The notes under the pieces: model-generated
What the model was told of the DNA's origin: nothing
The model's database searches: none
The model's input: the letters and a program-made list of their open reading frames with translations, nothing else
Origin: Dehalococcoidia bacterium
Lineage (GTDB): Bacteria > Chloroflexota > Dehalococcoidia > UBA2979
Assembly: GCA_034406555.1 (NCBI GenBank)
Contig: DASCRM010000013.1
Coordinates: 1-59,299 of the forward strand
Direction: 5' to 3'
Length of the DNA stretch: 59,299 nucleotides
Part shown: in pieces, positions 1 to 12,982 of the stretch
Position numbering within the stretch: position 1 is the first letter of the stretch
How the letters are laid out: each line of letters begins with the position of its first letter
Program-made: the position numbers and the translations under genes

Positions 1-1
1 C

Positions 2-607
2 TACGGGCCAGACGGGAAGCCCCCGTATCCGGGCGCAATCTGTTTCTCCGTGAACGAGCAACTGGTGCACGGCATCCCCGGGGATAGCGTGCTGAAGGAC
101 GGCGACATCGTCAGTATCGACCTCGGTGTGACCTACAAAGGGTGGGTCTCCGACGCGGCATTCACGGCCGGCGTCGGCACGATCACGCCCGAAACCGAGG
201 ATCTGCTGAGCGCCACCGAACGAGCACTCGAGCTCGGTATCGAGGCCGCGACGGCGGGTGCCTATCTGGGCGATGTCTCATTTGCTATAGGCAGCGCAGC
301 CGGCCCGTACGGAGTGATCGACGAGTACGGCGGCCACGGTGTCGGCCGTGAGATGCACGAACCTCCGCACATTCTGAACAAGGGGCGGCGCGGCGTAGGC
401 ATGAAGCTGAAGCCGGGCATGGTACTGGCGCTCGAGCCGATGTTCGCGCTCGGCCACCCGTCGACGGTGGAGGGTCCGGATCACTGGACCGTGAGCATGC
501 GTGACGGCAGTCTCAGCGCCCACGTGGAAGAGACGATCGCAATCACCACGGGTGAGCCGCTGGTCCTCACGGCCATCGGCGCACCCATCGTAAGCACGGC
601 GAGCTAA
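2..607 (+). CDS. map: Methionine aminopeptidase type I (5' truncated by window edge)
   Basis: Open from base 2 (YGPDGKPPYPGAICFSVNE...); motifs HGIPG, DIVSIDLG, GHGVG, LEPM, SAHVEET. Confidence 0.95.
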   Translation, partial: YGPDGKPPYPGAICFSVNEQLVHGIPGDSVLKDGDIVSIDLGVTYKGWVSDAAFTAGVGTITPETEDLLSATERALELGIEAATAGAYLGDVSFAIGSAAGPYGVIDEYGGHGVGREMHEPPHILNKGRRGVGMKLKPGMVLALEPMFALGHPSTVEGPDHWTVSMRDGSLSAHVEETIAITTGEPLVLTAIGAPIVSTAS

Positions 608-616
608 GGAGGGTTC

Positions 617-856
617 TTGGCGAAACAGCAGGGCCAGAAGAAGCAAAAAGAGGTCATCGAGGTCGAGGGCACCGTGAGAACGGCGCTGCCCAGTCGGCAG
701 TTCGAAGTCGAACTACCGAACGGGCACAAAGTCCTCGCTCACGTCTCGGGCAAGATGGCGAAACACTACATTCGCATCCTGCTCGGCGACCGCGTACTTG
801 TGGAACTCAGCCCCTACGACCTCAGCCGAGGACGGATCACGTACCGCTTCCGCTAG
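617..856 (+). CDS. infA: Translation initiation factor IF-1
   Basis: VIEVEGTV...LAHVSGKM...[11 protein letters not shown]; AAGGAGG before TTG; conserved gene order. Confidence 0.97.
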   Translation: MAKQQGQKKQKEVIEVEGTVRTALPSRQFEVELPNGHKVLAHVSGKMAKHYIRILLGDRVLVELSPYDLSRGRITYRFR

Positions 857-886
857 GGAGCGGCGCGTGCGCAGAAAGACGGACAC

Positions 887-1000
887 ATGAAGGTGTCAGC
901 ATCGGTGAAGAAGCGTTGTGACAAGTGCCAGGTCATCAGGCGGCATGGCCGCGTGCGCGTGATCTGCGTCGTTCCGCGGCACAAGCAGCGGCAGGGCTAG
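887..1000 (+). CDS. rpmJ: 50S ribosomal protein L36, Zn-binding form (absent from ORF track)
   Basis: Manual translation [37 protein letters not shown]. Confidence 0.97.
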   Translation: MKVSASVKKRCDKCQVIRRHGRVRVICVVPRHKQRQG

Positions 1001-1009
1001 GAGGCTTAG

Positions 1010-1396
1010 ATGGCACGCATTTCAGGCGTCGACATCCCGGAAGACAAGCAGGTGCAGTTCTCGCTGCCCTACATCTACGGCATCGGTCGCAAGACCGCGA
1101 AGGCGATCCTGGCGCAGACGAACATCGAGCCGGAGCGGACGGTGCGCGACCTCACCGACGAAGAACTGGTGCGGTTGCGAGCGGTGGTCGACAACGAGCA
1201 CATGGTCGAGGGTGACCTCCGTCGCGACGTGCGGCAGAACATCCAGCGGCTGATTGAAATCAACTGCTACCGCGGCGCTAGACACCGTCGCGGGCTCCCG
1301 GTGCGCGGCCAGCGCACCAAGACGAACGGGCGCACCCGCCGCGGTGCGAAGCGTGTTGTCTCTGGGAACCGCAAGACCGCCGTGCGGAAGCACTAA
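1010..1396 (+). CDS. rpsM: 30S ribosomal protein S13
   Basis: [10 protein letters not shown]...IYGIG...[12 protein letters not shown]. Confidence 0.98.
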   Translation: MARISGVDIPEDKQVQFSLPYIYGIGRKTAKAILAQTNIEPERTVRDLTDEELVRLRAVVDNEHMVEGDLRRDVRQNIQRLIEINCYRGARHRRGLPVRGQRTKTNGRTRRGAKRVVSGNRKTAVRKH

Positions 1397-1416
1397 AGAA
1401 AGGCTGCTGACCGGCT

Positions 1417-1803
1417 ATGGGACGATCACGAACACGCAGACGGCGCGAGCGGAAGTCGATTCCGCGTGGCCGCGCCTACGTGAAATCGACGTTCAACAAT
1501 ACGATCGTCACGCTCACGGACCCAAACGGGAACGTGGTCGCGTGGGGGAGCGGTGGCACCGCCGGGTTCACCGGTTCGCGCAAAAGCACGCCCTACGCCG
1601 CCCAGCTTGCCGCGGAGACCGCAGCACAGACGGCGATGGAGAACGGTATGCGTGAGGTGGAAGTGCTGGTGAAGGGGCCCGGATCTGGCCGCGAGGCCGC
1701 GATCCGCGCACTGCAGGCTTCCGGCCTGCGCATCCTCTCGCTGCGTGACATCACACCCGTCCCGCACAACGGCTGCCGCGCTCGTCGCCGACCACGCAAC
1801 TAG
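1417..1803 (+). CDS. rpsK: 30S ribosomal protein S11
   Basis: [30 protein letters not shown]. Confidence 0.98.
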   Translation: MGRSRTRRRRERKSIPRGRAYVKSTFNNTIVTLTDPNGNVVAWGSGGTAGFTGSRKSTPYAAQLAAETAAQTAMENGMREVEVLVKGPGSGREAAIRALQASGLRILSLRDITPVPHNGCRARRRPRN

Positions 1804-1837
1804 CAGCAACGATTCAAAGACAAGGCTCGAGGAACGA

Positions 1838-2446
1838 ATGGCCCGATACACCGGCCCCAAATGCCGCAAGTGCCGCCGATACGGCGTCTCGCTGTGTGGG
1901 AAAGCGCGCTGCGCGATTCTGCGCCGCCAGAACCCGCCCGGCCCGCGTCCGCTGCGTCGCCGCAAGGTCTCCGACCGCGGCCAGCAGTTGATCGAGAAGC
2001 AGAAGGTACGTTTCGCGTACGGGCTGATGGAGAAGCAGTTCCGCGGCTACTACGAGAAAGCGGCCCGCCGCTCAGGCGTCACCGGTGAGGAGCTGATGAG
2101 GCTGCTCGAGGAACGCCTCGACAACGTCGTCTTCCGCCTCGGCTTCGGCAGCACGCGCGCGCAGGCTCGACAGCTCGTGACGCACGGGCACATCGCCGTT
2201 AACGGCAGCAAGCTCAGCATCCCGAGCGCCCACGTGAAGGTGGGTGCGGAGATTGGATTCAGCGACAAGGGCAAGAAGTCCGAATACGTGAAGATTCTTG
2301 CCGAGGAGATCGGCGCTCGCGACACTCCGGGCTGGCTCGAGATCAACCGTGACTCGCTCACGGGCAAGATGATTGCTGAGCCCGGCGCAGGCGATTACGA
2401 GCCGCATTTCAACCCGAACGCAGTCGTGGAGCACTACTCGCGATAG
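1838..2446 (+). CDS. rpsD: 30S ribosomal protein S4 (four-Cys N-terminus)
   Basis: MARYTGPKCRKCRR, EKQKVRFAYG, LEERLDNVVFRLGF; start trimmed to ATG 1838. Confidence 0.97.
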   Translation: MARYTGPKCRKCRRYGVSLCGKARCAILRRQNPPGPRPLRRRKVSDRGQQLIEKQKVRFAYGLMEKQFRGYYEKAARRSGVTGEELMRLLEERLDNVVFRLGFGSTRAQARQLVTHGHIAVNGSKLSIPSAHVKVGAEIGFSDKGKKSEYVKILAEEIGARDTPGWLEINRDSLTGKMIAEPGAGDYEPHFNPNAVVEHYSR

Positions 2447-2528
2447 CAACGAACAGAACTACCGACTGCCCGGCGCTCACGCGGCCGGGATTGATCAAAC
2501 GCATCTGAACTCTCAAGGAGCACAGACC

Positions 2529-3644
2529 TTGGCCGCTGACCTGCTGATGCCAGAACTGAACATCGAAGACCAGGAAGAAGACTACGCGCGCATCGTCGCC
2601 GAGCCGCTGGAAGCTGGCTTTGGCACGACGTTGGGGAACGCGCTACGGCGCGTGCTGCTCTCATCGCTCCCCGGCGCGGCGATCACGTCCGCGCGCATCG
2701 AGGGCATCGACCACGAATTCTCGACGCTGGAGCACATGCAGCAGGACGTGACCGAGTTCCTGCTCAACCTGAAGGAAGTGCGCCTGCGCGCCTTCTCCGA
2801 CCGCCCGGCGCGCCTCTACCTGGAGGCCTCCGGGCTCGGCGAGGTGACGGCGGGGCAGATTCAGGCCACCGCGGATTACGAGATCGTGAACCCCGACCTC
2901 GTAATCGCGACGCTGGACCACACGGACGCCTCGCTGGTCGTCGACATCAACGTCGAGTCCGGCCGTGGCTACTTCCCGGCGACCGTCAGCGAGGGGCTGC
3001 CGATTGGCGTAATCCCGGTCGATGCGCTCTTCACGCCTGTCCGTCGCGTGAACTACAACGTCTCGAACACGCGTGTCGGGCAGGACACGAACTTCGACCG
3101 CCTCGACCTTGAGGTGTGGACGGACGGCTCGATCGGCGGCGAGGCCGCGGCTTCGCTCTCCGCAGAACTGCTGCGCGAGCAGCTGATGCCGTTCTTCCGC
3201 CTCGGCCGGCCGGACGTGGAGGAGATGATCGAGGAGCCGGCGGCGGCGGCGACGCAGCAGGACGGCCACGACACGCCGATCGAGACGCTGAGCCTCTCCG
3301 TACGTGCCTACAACTGCCTGAAGCGTTCCGGCCTGACCACTGTCGGCCTGGTGCTTGAGAAGTCCGAGGAAGAACTGCTGGCGCTTCGCAACTTCGGTGA
3401 GAAGTCGTACATGGAGCTGCGCGACAAGCTCGTCGAGAGCGGGTTCCCGGCACCTCGCATTGACTCCCGACGCGGTGGACTGGCGGCCTCTGAGCCCGTC
3501 GCTGTCGCGGCGGAGCCGGCTGCCGCACCGGCAGCCGCTGTGGCTGACGAGGATGGCGATGCCGTCGGCGTGCTGGGCCAGGCATTGATCGACGCATTGA
3601 AAGAGGCGGGCGGCGACACGTCCGAACTGGTGGAAGATCGCTAA
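2529..3644 (+). CDS. rpoA: RNA polymerase alpha subunit
   Basis: EPLEAGFGTTLGNALRRVLLSS, LSVRAYNCLKR, RNFGEKS; TTG start after CAAGGAG. Confidence 0.97.
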   Translation: MAADLLMPELNIEDQEEDYARIVAEPLEAGFGTTLGNALRRVLLSSLPGAAITSARIEGIDHEFSTLEHMQQDVTEFLLNLKEVRLRAFSDRPARLYLEASGLGEVTAGQIQATADYEIVNPDLVIATLDHTDASLVVDINVESGRGYFPATVSEGLPIGVIPVDALFTPVRRVNYNVSNTRVGQDTNFDRLDLEVWTDGSIGGEAAASLSAELLREQLMPFFRLGRPDVEEMIEEPAAAATQQDGHDTPIETLSLSVRAYNCLKRSGLTTVGLVLEKSEEELLALRNFGEKSYMELRDKLVESGFPAPRIDSRRGGLAASEPVAVAAEPAAAPAAAVADEDGDAVGVLGQALIDALKEAGGDTSELVEDR

Positions 3645-3994
3645 TGCGTCATCGCAAAGCCGGCCGTCGCTTTGATATGGGCACCGCCCAGCGGCGCGCC
3701 ATGTTCCGAAATATCACCACCGCCGTGCTGGAGCACGGCTCCGTGCTGACCACGGAGGCGCGCGCCAAGGAGTCGCGCCGCTTCGTGGAGCAGATGGTGA
3801 CGCTGGGCAAGCGCGGGACGTTGCACGCCCGGCGGCAGGCGCTGGCATTCGTCTACAAGAAGGACATCGTCGATCGGCTGTTCGATGAGATCGCGACGGA
3901 GTACGCCGACCGACCGGGCGGCTACACACGCGTCGTGAAGCTGGTACAGCGCAAGGGCGATGCCTCGCACATGGCACGGCTGGAACTGGTCTGA
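3644..3994 (+). CDS. rplQ: 50S ribosomal protein L17
   Basis: MRHRKAGRR, TTEARAKE, RPGGYTRVVK. Confidence 0.97.
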   Translation: MRHRKAGRRFDMGTAQRRAMFRNITTAVLEHGSVLTTEARAKESRRFVEQMVTLGKRGTLHARRQALAFVYKKDIVDRLFDEIATEYADRPGGYTRVVKLVQRKGDASHMARLELV

Positions 3995-3999
3995 CGCTG

Positions 4000-4815
4000 A
4001 TGACGACACCCGGCACCCCCCACGGCCCGAGCCGCCGAATTGCCCTGCTTGTCGAATACGACGGCACGGACTTCGTCGGGTCGCAGGCGCAGCCCGACCA
4101 GCGCACCGTCCAGGGCGTGTTGGAGGCCGCTGTTGTGGAGTTCACCGGCGAGGCACAGCGCGTGGAATTCGCCGGCCGGACGGATGCCGGCGTGCACGCG
4201 CGCGGCCAGGTCGCGACGCTGACCACCACCGCCGACCACTCGCCGGCGACGTTCCGACGGGCGCTCAACCACTTCCTGCCGGACGACCTCGTCGTCCGCG
4301 CGGCCAGCGAGGTCGTCCGCGACTTCGACCCTCGCCGACACGCCAGCTCGCGGGTCTACCGCTACGAGATCGACTCGGATGGTCGCGAGCCGTTGCGACG
4401 TCATCGGGCGTGGCAGCGCGACGCGGCACTCGATGTCGCGGCGATGGCGGAGGCCGTCGACGCGCTGCCACGTGGCGAGCAGGACTGGGCCGCCTTCGCC
4501 GGGCCGGTGCCGGAGGGCTACTCCACCGTGCGCGAGTTGATGCACATCGATGTCGACCGCTGTACCGCTCGCACGCTCGCTGTGACAATGCAGGCGAACG
4601 GTTTTCTACCGCACCAGGTGCGCCGCACGGTTGGTGCGCTGGAGCGGGTGGGCGCGGGCAAGCTCGGCATCGCCGAATTCGCGAGACTGATCGACGGCCC
4701 GGCGGGCAGTGCCGGACCGACTACGCCACCGCAGGGGCTGACCCTGCTGAGCGTGAACTACGAGCTGGGAACACTGGCCTGGCAGACGGATGGGCAACGA
4801 GGCGGGATCGAATGA
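4000..4815 (+). CDS. truA: tRNA pseudouridine(38-40) synthase
   Basis: EYDGTDFVGSQ, AGRTDAGVHARGQ, GFLPHQVR. Confidence 0.95.
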   Translation: MTTPGTPHGPSRRIALLVEYDGTDFVGSQAQPDQRTVQGVLEAAVVEFTGEAQRVEFAGRTDAGVHARGQVATLTTTADHSPATFRRALNHFLPDDLVVRAASEVVRDFDPRRHASSRVYRYEIDSDGREPLRRHRAWQRDAALDVAAMAEAVDALPRGEQDWAAFAGPVPEGYSTVRELMHIDVDRCTARTLAVTMQANGFLPHQVRRTVGALERVGAGKLGIAEFARLIDGPAGSAGPTTPPQGLTLLSVNYELGTLAWQTDGQRGGIE

Positions 4816-5552
4816 CGACCAAGACTTACCGGCTGAAGCTGGCCGATATCGACAGTAAGTGGCACGTGCTGGACGCGACGGGGACGTCGCTCGGCCGGCT
4901 CGCCTCAGAGGCCGCCAAGCTGCTGCTGGGCAAGCATAAGCCGGATTACGAGCCCCACCTGGCGATGGGCGACCACGTCGTGATCGTGAACGCCGAAGCG
5001 GTGCGCTTCACCGGCAAGAAGGTCAGCCAGAAGGTCTATTACCGGCACTCCGGCTACCCGGGCGGACTGCGTGAGCGCACGCTCAAGAAGCAATTCGACC
5101 TCGACCCCCGACGGGTGATCGAGATCGCCGTGAAGGGGATGCTCCCGCACAACTCGCGCGGACGTGACCTCTTCCGCCATCTGAACGTCTACACCGGGCC
5201 CGACCACCCGCACACCGCACAGGTGATGGCCGGCACCGGCGCTCGAGCACGCAAGCGCGCGACGCAGGAAGCGGCGGCCGCCGCCGCCGCGCCCGAGCCG
5301 AAGGCTGCTGCACCGAAAGCGACGGCCCAGGAGCAGGAGACTGCTCCCGAGGCAACAGCAGAGGCGACTGCCGCGGCACCCGCCAGCGACCAGCCGGCGC
5401 GCACGGGTGCGCTCAGCCGCTGGCTGCGTGGGGAGTTGGACCAGGAGGCGGAACGCCTCGGTATCGAGATTGACGCAAACTGGAAGAAGGCCGACGTGAT
5501 CAGCGCTATTGAGGCGCATCGCGAAGCGGCCGGCGTGGGGGAAGACGGTTAG
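4812..5552 (+). CDS. rplM: 50S ribosomal protein L13 with ~110-aa C-terminal extension
   Basis: ATG 4812 overlapping truA stop; WHVLDA, LGRLAS, GKHKP, YYRHSGYPGGL, HPHTAQ. Confidence 0.95.
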   Translation: MTTKTYRLKLADIDSKWHVLDATGTSLGRLASEAAKLLLGKHKPDYEPHLAMGDHVVIVNAEAVRFTGKKVSQKVYYRHSGYPGGLRERTLKKQFDLDPRRVIEIAVKGMLPHNSRGRDLFRHLNVYTGPDHPHTAQVMAGTGARARKRATQEAAAAAAAPEPKAAAPKATAQEQETAPEATAEATAAAPASDQPARTGALSRWLRGELDQEAERLGIEIDANWKKADVISAIEAHREAAGVGEDG

Positions 5553-5555
5553 CCG

Positions 5556-5951
5556 ATGACGACGGAGCAGTACTACTACGGCCTCGGGCGCCGCAAGACC
5601 TCGGTCGCTCGCGTGCGACTCTACCCCGGAAACGGCGCTGTGGTGATCAACGGCAAGCCGATCGAGGACGTGATCCTGCGCGCCTCGTCGCGTCAGGACG
5701 TGATGCGGCCCTTCGTGGCGACCGATACGCAGAGCAAGTTCAACACTCAGGTGCTCGTGCGCGGTGGCGGAGTCGAGGGCTGGGCGGGCGCGATTCGCTT
5801 CGGCATCGCTCGCGCGCTCGTCGCGTCGGATGAGCTGTACCGCCGGCCGTTGCGCCGCGATGGATTGCTCACGCGGGACGCTCGCGTGAAAGAGCGCAAG
5901 AAGCCCGGCCTCAAGCGCGCACGCAAGGCTCCGCAGTACACCAAGCGCTAG
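5556..5951 (+). CDS. rpsI: 30S ribosomal protein S9
   Basis: [32 protein letters not shown]. Confidence 0.98.
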   Translation: MTTEQYYYGLGRRKTSVARVRLYPGNGAVVINGKPIEDVILRASSRQDVMRPFVATDTQSKFNTQVLVRGGGVEGWAGAIRFGIARALVASDELYRRPLRRDGLLTRDARVKERKKPGLKRARKAPQYTKR

Positions 5952-5986
5952 CCGCGACCCGACACTCGAGGCCTCGCGGCGTTTTT
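5951..5986 (+). terminator. Probable intrinsic terminator after rpsI
   Basis: GCCGCGA...TCGCGGC followed by GTTTTT. Confidence 0.5.
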
Positions 5987-6059
5987 GCACGTTGACTCAA
6001 CCTCGTCTGTTGCTTCGCGCCGCCCGTGCCGAGCGGGGCTCGTACGGGCCGTGTGCGGC

Positions 6060-7487
6060 CTAGAGCGTGACTGCGGCGATTTCCTGGCCGACCTGCAGTG
6101 CTTCTTGCACCTGTCCGACGGACGGCATCTCCGCGTAGATGCGTAGCAGCGGCTCCGTGCCGCTGAAGCGCAGCAGCAGCCACCAGCCACCATCGAGGGT
6201 GAAGCGGAAGCCATCGACGGTGTCTCGGGAGAGCACGCGCAGCCCGGCGATCTCGGACGGGTCGGCATCGGCGACGCGCGCCCGGATCTCCTCGTGCTCG
6301 TCCAGGCGGAGCGTGATGTCGACGCGGTCGTACTCGTGCGGGCCAACCATCTCCTGCAGGTCCGCGAGTAATTGCGACGGCGTGAGTTTCGTCTTCGTGA
6401 GGCAGTCGAGTATCATCAGGCCGGAGAGGATGCCATCGCGCTCCGGGATGTGCCCGCGGAATCCGAATCCGGACGACTCCTCGCCAGCGATCAGCGCGTC
6501 CAGCTCCGTCATCTTGATGCTCAGGTGTTTGAAGCCCACAGGGGTCTCCACGACCGGGCAATCGAAGCGTTCGCCCAGCCTGTCGACCATGCGCGTGGTG
6601 TTCATGGAGCGCACTATCGCGCCTCGTTCGCCTCGCACCTCCACCAGGTAATAGACGAGCAGGGCGAACGTCTCGAGCTGCGTGACGAAGCGGCCGTGCT
6701 CATCGCCGAGGCCGAACCGATCGGCGTCACCATCGGTGGCCAGCCCGACGGCGAATTCCTCTTGCGCCAGCAGCGTGAGGAACTCGCCCAGGTTCGAGGC
6801 GATCGGCTCCGGGGCCCGCAGGCCGGGGAACGAGGGGTTACGTTCGCCGTGCAGTTCGCGGACGCGTGTCGAGCCCTCGCCGATCGCGTTCGCCGTCCAG
6901 CCTGCGCCCGTGCCGTACATCGAGTCGACGAGCACGCTGAGGCCGGCGCTGCGGATCGCGTCGATGTCGACGAAGGAGCGGATCGCGTTCAGGTACTGTG
7001 GGGCGGGGTCGAAGCGTTCGATCGCACCTCGCTTCTCCGCGTCGCCGATCTCGACCAGCTTCACGCGACCCTCGGCAAGCACGGAGGGGACCGCGCGCTC
7101 GATTGCGCCCGTCACCGCCTCCGTTGCGGGTGCGCCGGTAGTGAGTTTGATCTTGAAGCCGTTCCAGCGTGCCGGGTTGTGGCTGGCGGTGATCATTACC
7201 CCGGCGACGCCGAGTTCGCGGACCGCGTGCGCGAGCACCGGCGTGGGCACATAGCTCGAGGTGAGGTGCACCGGGATGTCGTTCGCCGCCATCACCTCTG
7301 CGGTGCGGCGGGCGAAGCCGGCGGACTGGAAGCGCGTGTCGTAGCCCACGACGACGCCCTGCGACGCCTCGCCCTGCGCATGGATGTACTCAGCGGTGGC
7401 CTGCGCGACAGCACCCAGGTTCTCAAAGGTGAAGTCGTCAGCGATCACCCCTCGCCAGCCGTCCGTCCCGAACTTGATGTCGGGCAT
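6060..7487 (-). CDS. Phosphoglucomutase/phosphomannomutase family protein
   Basis: FGTDGWRG, ITASHNP, DGDADR, GEESSG, RFSGTEP. Confidence 0.93.
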   Translation of the reverse strand: MPDIKFGTDGWRGVIADDFTFENLGAVAQATAEYIHAQGEASQGVVVGYDTRFQSAGFARRTAEVMAANDIPVHLTSSYVPTPVLAHAVRELGVAGVMITASHNPARWNGFKIKLTTGAPATEAVTGAIERAVPSVLAEGRVKLVEIGDAEKRGAIERFDPAPQYLNAIRSFVDIDAIRSAGLSVLVDSMYGTGAGWTANAIGEGSTRVRELHGERNPSFPGLRAPEPIASNLGEFLTLLAQEEFAVGLATDGDADRFGLGDEHGRFVTQLETFALLVYYLVEVRGERGAIVRSMNTTRMVDRLGERFDCPVVETPVGFKHLSIKMTELDALIAGEESSGFGFRGHIPERDGILSGLMILDCLTKTKLTPSQLLADLQEMVGPHEYDRVDITLRLDEHEEIRARVADADPSEIAGLRVLSRDTVDGFRFTLDGGWWLLLRFSGTEPLLRIYAEMPSVGQVQEALQVGQEIAAVTL

Positions 7488-8542
7488 CAGGCCGGGGCCT
7501 TCGCGTCGAAGTGCTCGCCGGGTGCGACCACGGTGCCTGCGGGAACGTGTGCGCCGTCGGCGATCGAGGCGTTGTCCGCAACTACCGCTCCAATGATCGT
7601 CGCGCCTGCGCCAATCGTCGCCTTGCTCGCGATCACGGAGTCGCTGACCGCTGCGTTAGCGCCAATCGTGACGCTGTTCCAGATCACGCTGCGCGCGACG
7701 TGCGCTCCGCCCTCGATCGTCGTTCCCGCGCCGACGACGAGAGGGCCATCGAGGCGGGCGTCGGCAGCCACCTTCGCGGTTGCGTCGAACAGCCGGCCGT
7801 CCTCGGGCGGGTCGTGCTCCGTCAGGCCGGGGGCCGCGCCGGCGAGCAGTTCCAGGTTCACGCTCAGGTAGCGATCCGTCGTGCCGATGTCCGCCCAGTA
7901 GGTCGCCTGTTGGAACCCGGCGATCATGCGGCCTGCTGCGCAGAGGTCGGGGAACAGCTCGCGTTCGACCATGCTGTACTTGTCGCGATCGAGCTCCTCC
8001 AGCAGTGCGGCCTGGAAGAGCCAGACGCCGGCGTTCGCCTGGTTCGAGGGCGCGGGGTCCTCCGGCTTCTCGTGGAAGTGCACGACGTGTCCGTCCGCGT
8101 TCAGCACCGCGACGCCAAATCGCGAGGGGTCATCGACCGGCTGGAGGAACATCGTGAGTTCCGCGCCCTCCTGGTCGTGCTCCTCGTGCATCGCGGTGAG
8201 ATCGACGTCCGTGATGATGTCGCCGTTGCAGACGAAGAACGGCTCATCCCAGCCAGCGGCGGCGTTTGCGATCGCGCCCCCGGAGCCGAGCGGCGTCTCC
8301 TCGTACGCGTAGCTCAGCCCGAGGCCGAGCGCCGAGCCGTCCCCGAGCGCCGCTTCGAGCGCGACGCTGCTCTCGTTGCGCGTGATCGCGAGCGTGATCT
8401 CATCCACGCCGTGACTACGCAGGTGCAGCAGCAGGTGCTCGATCAGCGGGCGATTGAGGATCGGGACAAGCGGCTTGGGCGTGCGATCGCTCAGCGGCTG
8501 GAGTCGCGTAGCTTCGCCACCGGCAAGGACGATCGCATGCAT
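7487..8542 (-). CDS. NDP-sugar pyrophosphorylase (mannose-1-phosphate guanylyltransferase-like)
   Basis: LAGGEATRLQPL..PKPL, NGD, FHEKP, YWADIGT, C-terminal hexapeptide repeats. Confidence 0.9.
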   Translation of the reverse strand: MHAIVLAGGEATRLQPLSDRTPKPLVPILNRPLIEHLLLHLRSHGVDEITLAITRNESSVALEAALGDGSALGLGLSYAYEETPLGSGGAIANAAAGWDEPFFVCNGDIITDVDLTAMHEEHDQEGAELTMFLQPVDDPSRFGVAVLNADGHVVHFHEKPEDPAPSNQANAGVWLFQAALLEELDRDKYSMVERELFPDLCAAGRMIAGFQQATYWADIGTTDRYLSVNLELLAGAAPGLTEHDPPEDGRLFDATAKVAADARLDGPLVVGAGTTIEGGAHVARSVIWNSVTIGANAAVSDSVIASKATIGAGATIIGAVVADNASIADGAHVPAGTVVAPGEHFDAKAPA

Positions 8543-8612
8543 GGCGCGGATCGTACCTATGCATCACGCGCGGGAACAAGGAGGGGGGCGCTAATGCCCC
8601 GGCCGGGACGGG

Positions 8613-9851
8613 CTACGAGGCGTTCTGTGCCGAGAGACCCGTCGCCTTGCGCAGGTCAGCCACCATGTCGAGCCGTTCCCACGGCAGTTCGATGTCGGTA
8701 CGACCGAAGTGCCCGTATGCGGCGGTTCGGCGGTAGATTGGCCGTCGCAGCTCGAAGCGATCGATGATCGCCGCGGGGCGCAGGTCGAAGTGCGTGTCGA
8801 TCAGCTGTCGCAGCTCATCCTCGTCGATCACCGCCGTGCCGAACGTCTCGAACGCGATTGAGGTTGGGTGTGCGACACCGATCGCGTAAGAGATCTGAAT
8901 CTCGATACGCTCCGCGAGCCTGGCGGCAACGATGTTCTTTGCGACGTGCCGTGCGGCGTACGCCCCGGAGCGATCGACCTTCGATGGGTCCTTGCCTGAG
9001 AAGGCGCCGCCGCCGTGGCGGGCTATGCCGCCGTAGGTGTCGACGATGATCTTGCGCCCGGTGAGCCCGGCGTCGCCCATCGGCCCGCCGGTTACGAAGC
9101 GGCCGGTCGGGTTGACCAGGATGCGCGTCTCATTGAGTAGCTCCGGCGGGCAGATCGGGCGGATCACCATCCCCTCGATGTCACGCTCCAGCACGTCCTG
9201 ACTGACCTCCGGCGCGTGCTGGCTGGAGATCACAACGGTGTCGATACGTCGCGGGACGCCGTAGGCGTACTCCACGGTGACCTGTGACTTGCCGTCCGGG
9301 CGCAGGTACGGCAGCTCGCCGCTCTTGCGCACCTCTGTGAGGCGACGAACGAGGCGGTGGGCGAGCGCGAGCGTGAGCGGCATGTACTCGCCGGTCTCCT
9401 CGGTCTCCGTGCAGGCGTAGCCGATCATCATTCCCTGGTCGCCGGCACCGGCGAGGTCGTACTCGTTGACCTCACCCAGCGTCTCACGCGCCTCGAGGGC
9501 CTGGTTCACGCCCTGAGCGATGTCGGGCGACTGCTCCTTGATCGAAGTGAGGACGCCACAGGTATCCGCGTCGAAACCGACCTCCGAACTCGTGTAGCCG
9601 ACTTCGCGCACCACCTGCCGGACGATCGCTTCGATGTCGACGTACTCGGCGGTCGTAGAGACCTCGCCGAAGACCCAGATCGTGCCGGTGGTCGTCGCCG
9701 TCTCGCAGGCGACGTGGGCGTCGGGGTCGCGGCTGAGGAAGGCATCGAGGACGGCGTCGGAGATCTGATCGCAGAGCTTGTCCGGGTGCCCCTCCGTCAC
9801 CGATTCGCTGGTGAGGAGCAGCGATGGTGCACTGCTGAATGTAGTGGTCAT
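8613..9851 (-). CDS. metK: S-adenosylmethionine synthetase
   Basis: [26 protein letters not shown]. Confidence 0.98.
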   Translation of the reverse strand: MTTTFSSAPSLLLTSESVTEGHPDKLCDQISDAVLDAFLSRDPDAHVACETATTTGTIWVFGEVSTTAEYVDIEAIVRQVVREVGYTSSEVGFDADTCGVLTSIKEQSPDIAQGVNQALEARETLGEVNEYDLAGAGDQGMMIGYACTETEETGEYMPLTLALAHRLVRRLTEVRKSGELPYLRPDGKSQVTVEYAYGVPRRIDTVVISSQHAPEVSQDVLERDIEGMVIRPICPPELLNETRILVNPTGRFVTGGPMGDAGLTGRKIIVDTYGGIARHGGGAFSGKDPSKVDRSGAYAARHVAKNIVAARLAERIEIQISYAIGVAHPTSIAFETFGTAVIDEDELRQLIDTHFDLRPAAIIDRFELRRPIYRRTAAYGHFGRTDIELPWERLDMVADLRKATGLSAQNAS

Positions 9852-9876
9852 GTGTCCTCCGGCCGGTGTTCCGGCG

Positions 9877-12091
<2,215 letters not shown>

Positions 12092-12095
<4 letters not shown>

Positions 12096-12982
12096 GATCC
12101 GCCGCCGTCCGCTGGGCCCCGGTAGCGGCGCAGCAGCAGGTCGAGCCGTTGCCGCGTCTCGGCTGGCACGAAGTTGGGTGCGGTGACGAGCGCGCTGGCC
12201 AGCGCATCGCCACAGTCGCAGTCCCGCTGCTGGGGCAGGGCGGCGACGGTGGCGCTGATGATCGCCCGCCCGCTTTCGACGTTGTGCAGCAGGTTCTTCA
12301 AGATCAGATCGGCGCTGACATCGGCTTCCTCTTCATGCCAGACGTCGTAGTCGGTGACGAAGCAGAGCGCGCCGTAGCAGAGCTCCGCCTCGCGGGCGAG
12401 CTTCGCCTCGGGCAGCGCGGTCATGCCGATGATCGCTGCGCCCCACGAGCGGTAGAGCTCCGACTCCGCGCGGGTGGAGAACGCCGGCCCCTCGATCACC
12501 ACGAGCAAGCCTCCGCGGTGGGTCGTCACGTCCGTACGATCGCCCGCGGTGGCAAGCTGCGAGGCGAGCGCGGGACAGAATGGGTCGGCGAAGCCGATGT
12601 GCGCGACCATGCCATCGCCGAAGAATGTCGAGTCGCGGCCGCGCGTGCGGTCGATCAGCTGATCGGGGACCACTGTATGCAGCGGTTCGAGCTCCTGCTG
12701 CAGCGAGCCGACGGCTGAGACGGAGAAGACGCGCTCCACGCCGATCGACTTCAACGCGTAGATGTTCGCCTGCGCCGGCAGTTCGCCCGGCAGCGTCGTG
12801 TGGCCCTCGCCGTGGCGCGCGAGGAAGGCGACGCGGCGGCCGTGCAGCGTGCCGATCGTCAGCGGTGAGCTGGGGGCGCCGAACGGTGTCGAGAGCTCGA
12901 CGGTCTCAGTCTCGGTGAGGTCCGGCATCGCGTAGAAGCCGGATCCGCCGATCACACCGATCTCGGCCTGCGGTTCAGACAA
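12092..12982 (-). CDS. mtnP: S-methyl-5'-thioadenosine phosphorylase
   Basis: GVIGGSG, EGPAFSTRAES, GMTALPEAKLAREAE, TDYD; TTG start at 12982 inferred. Confidence 0.93.
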
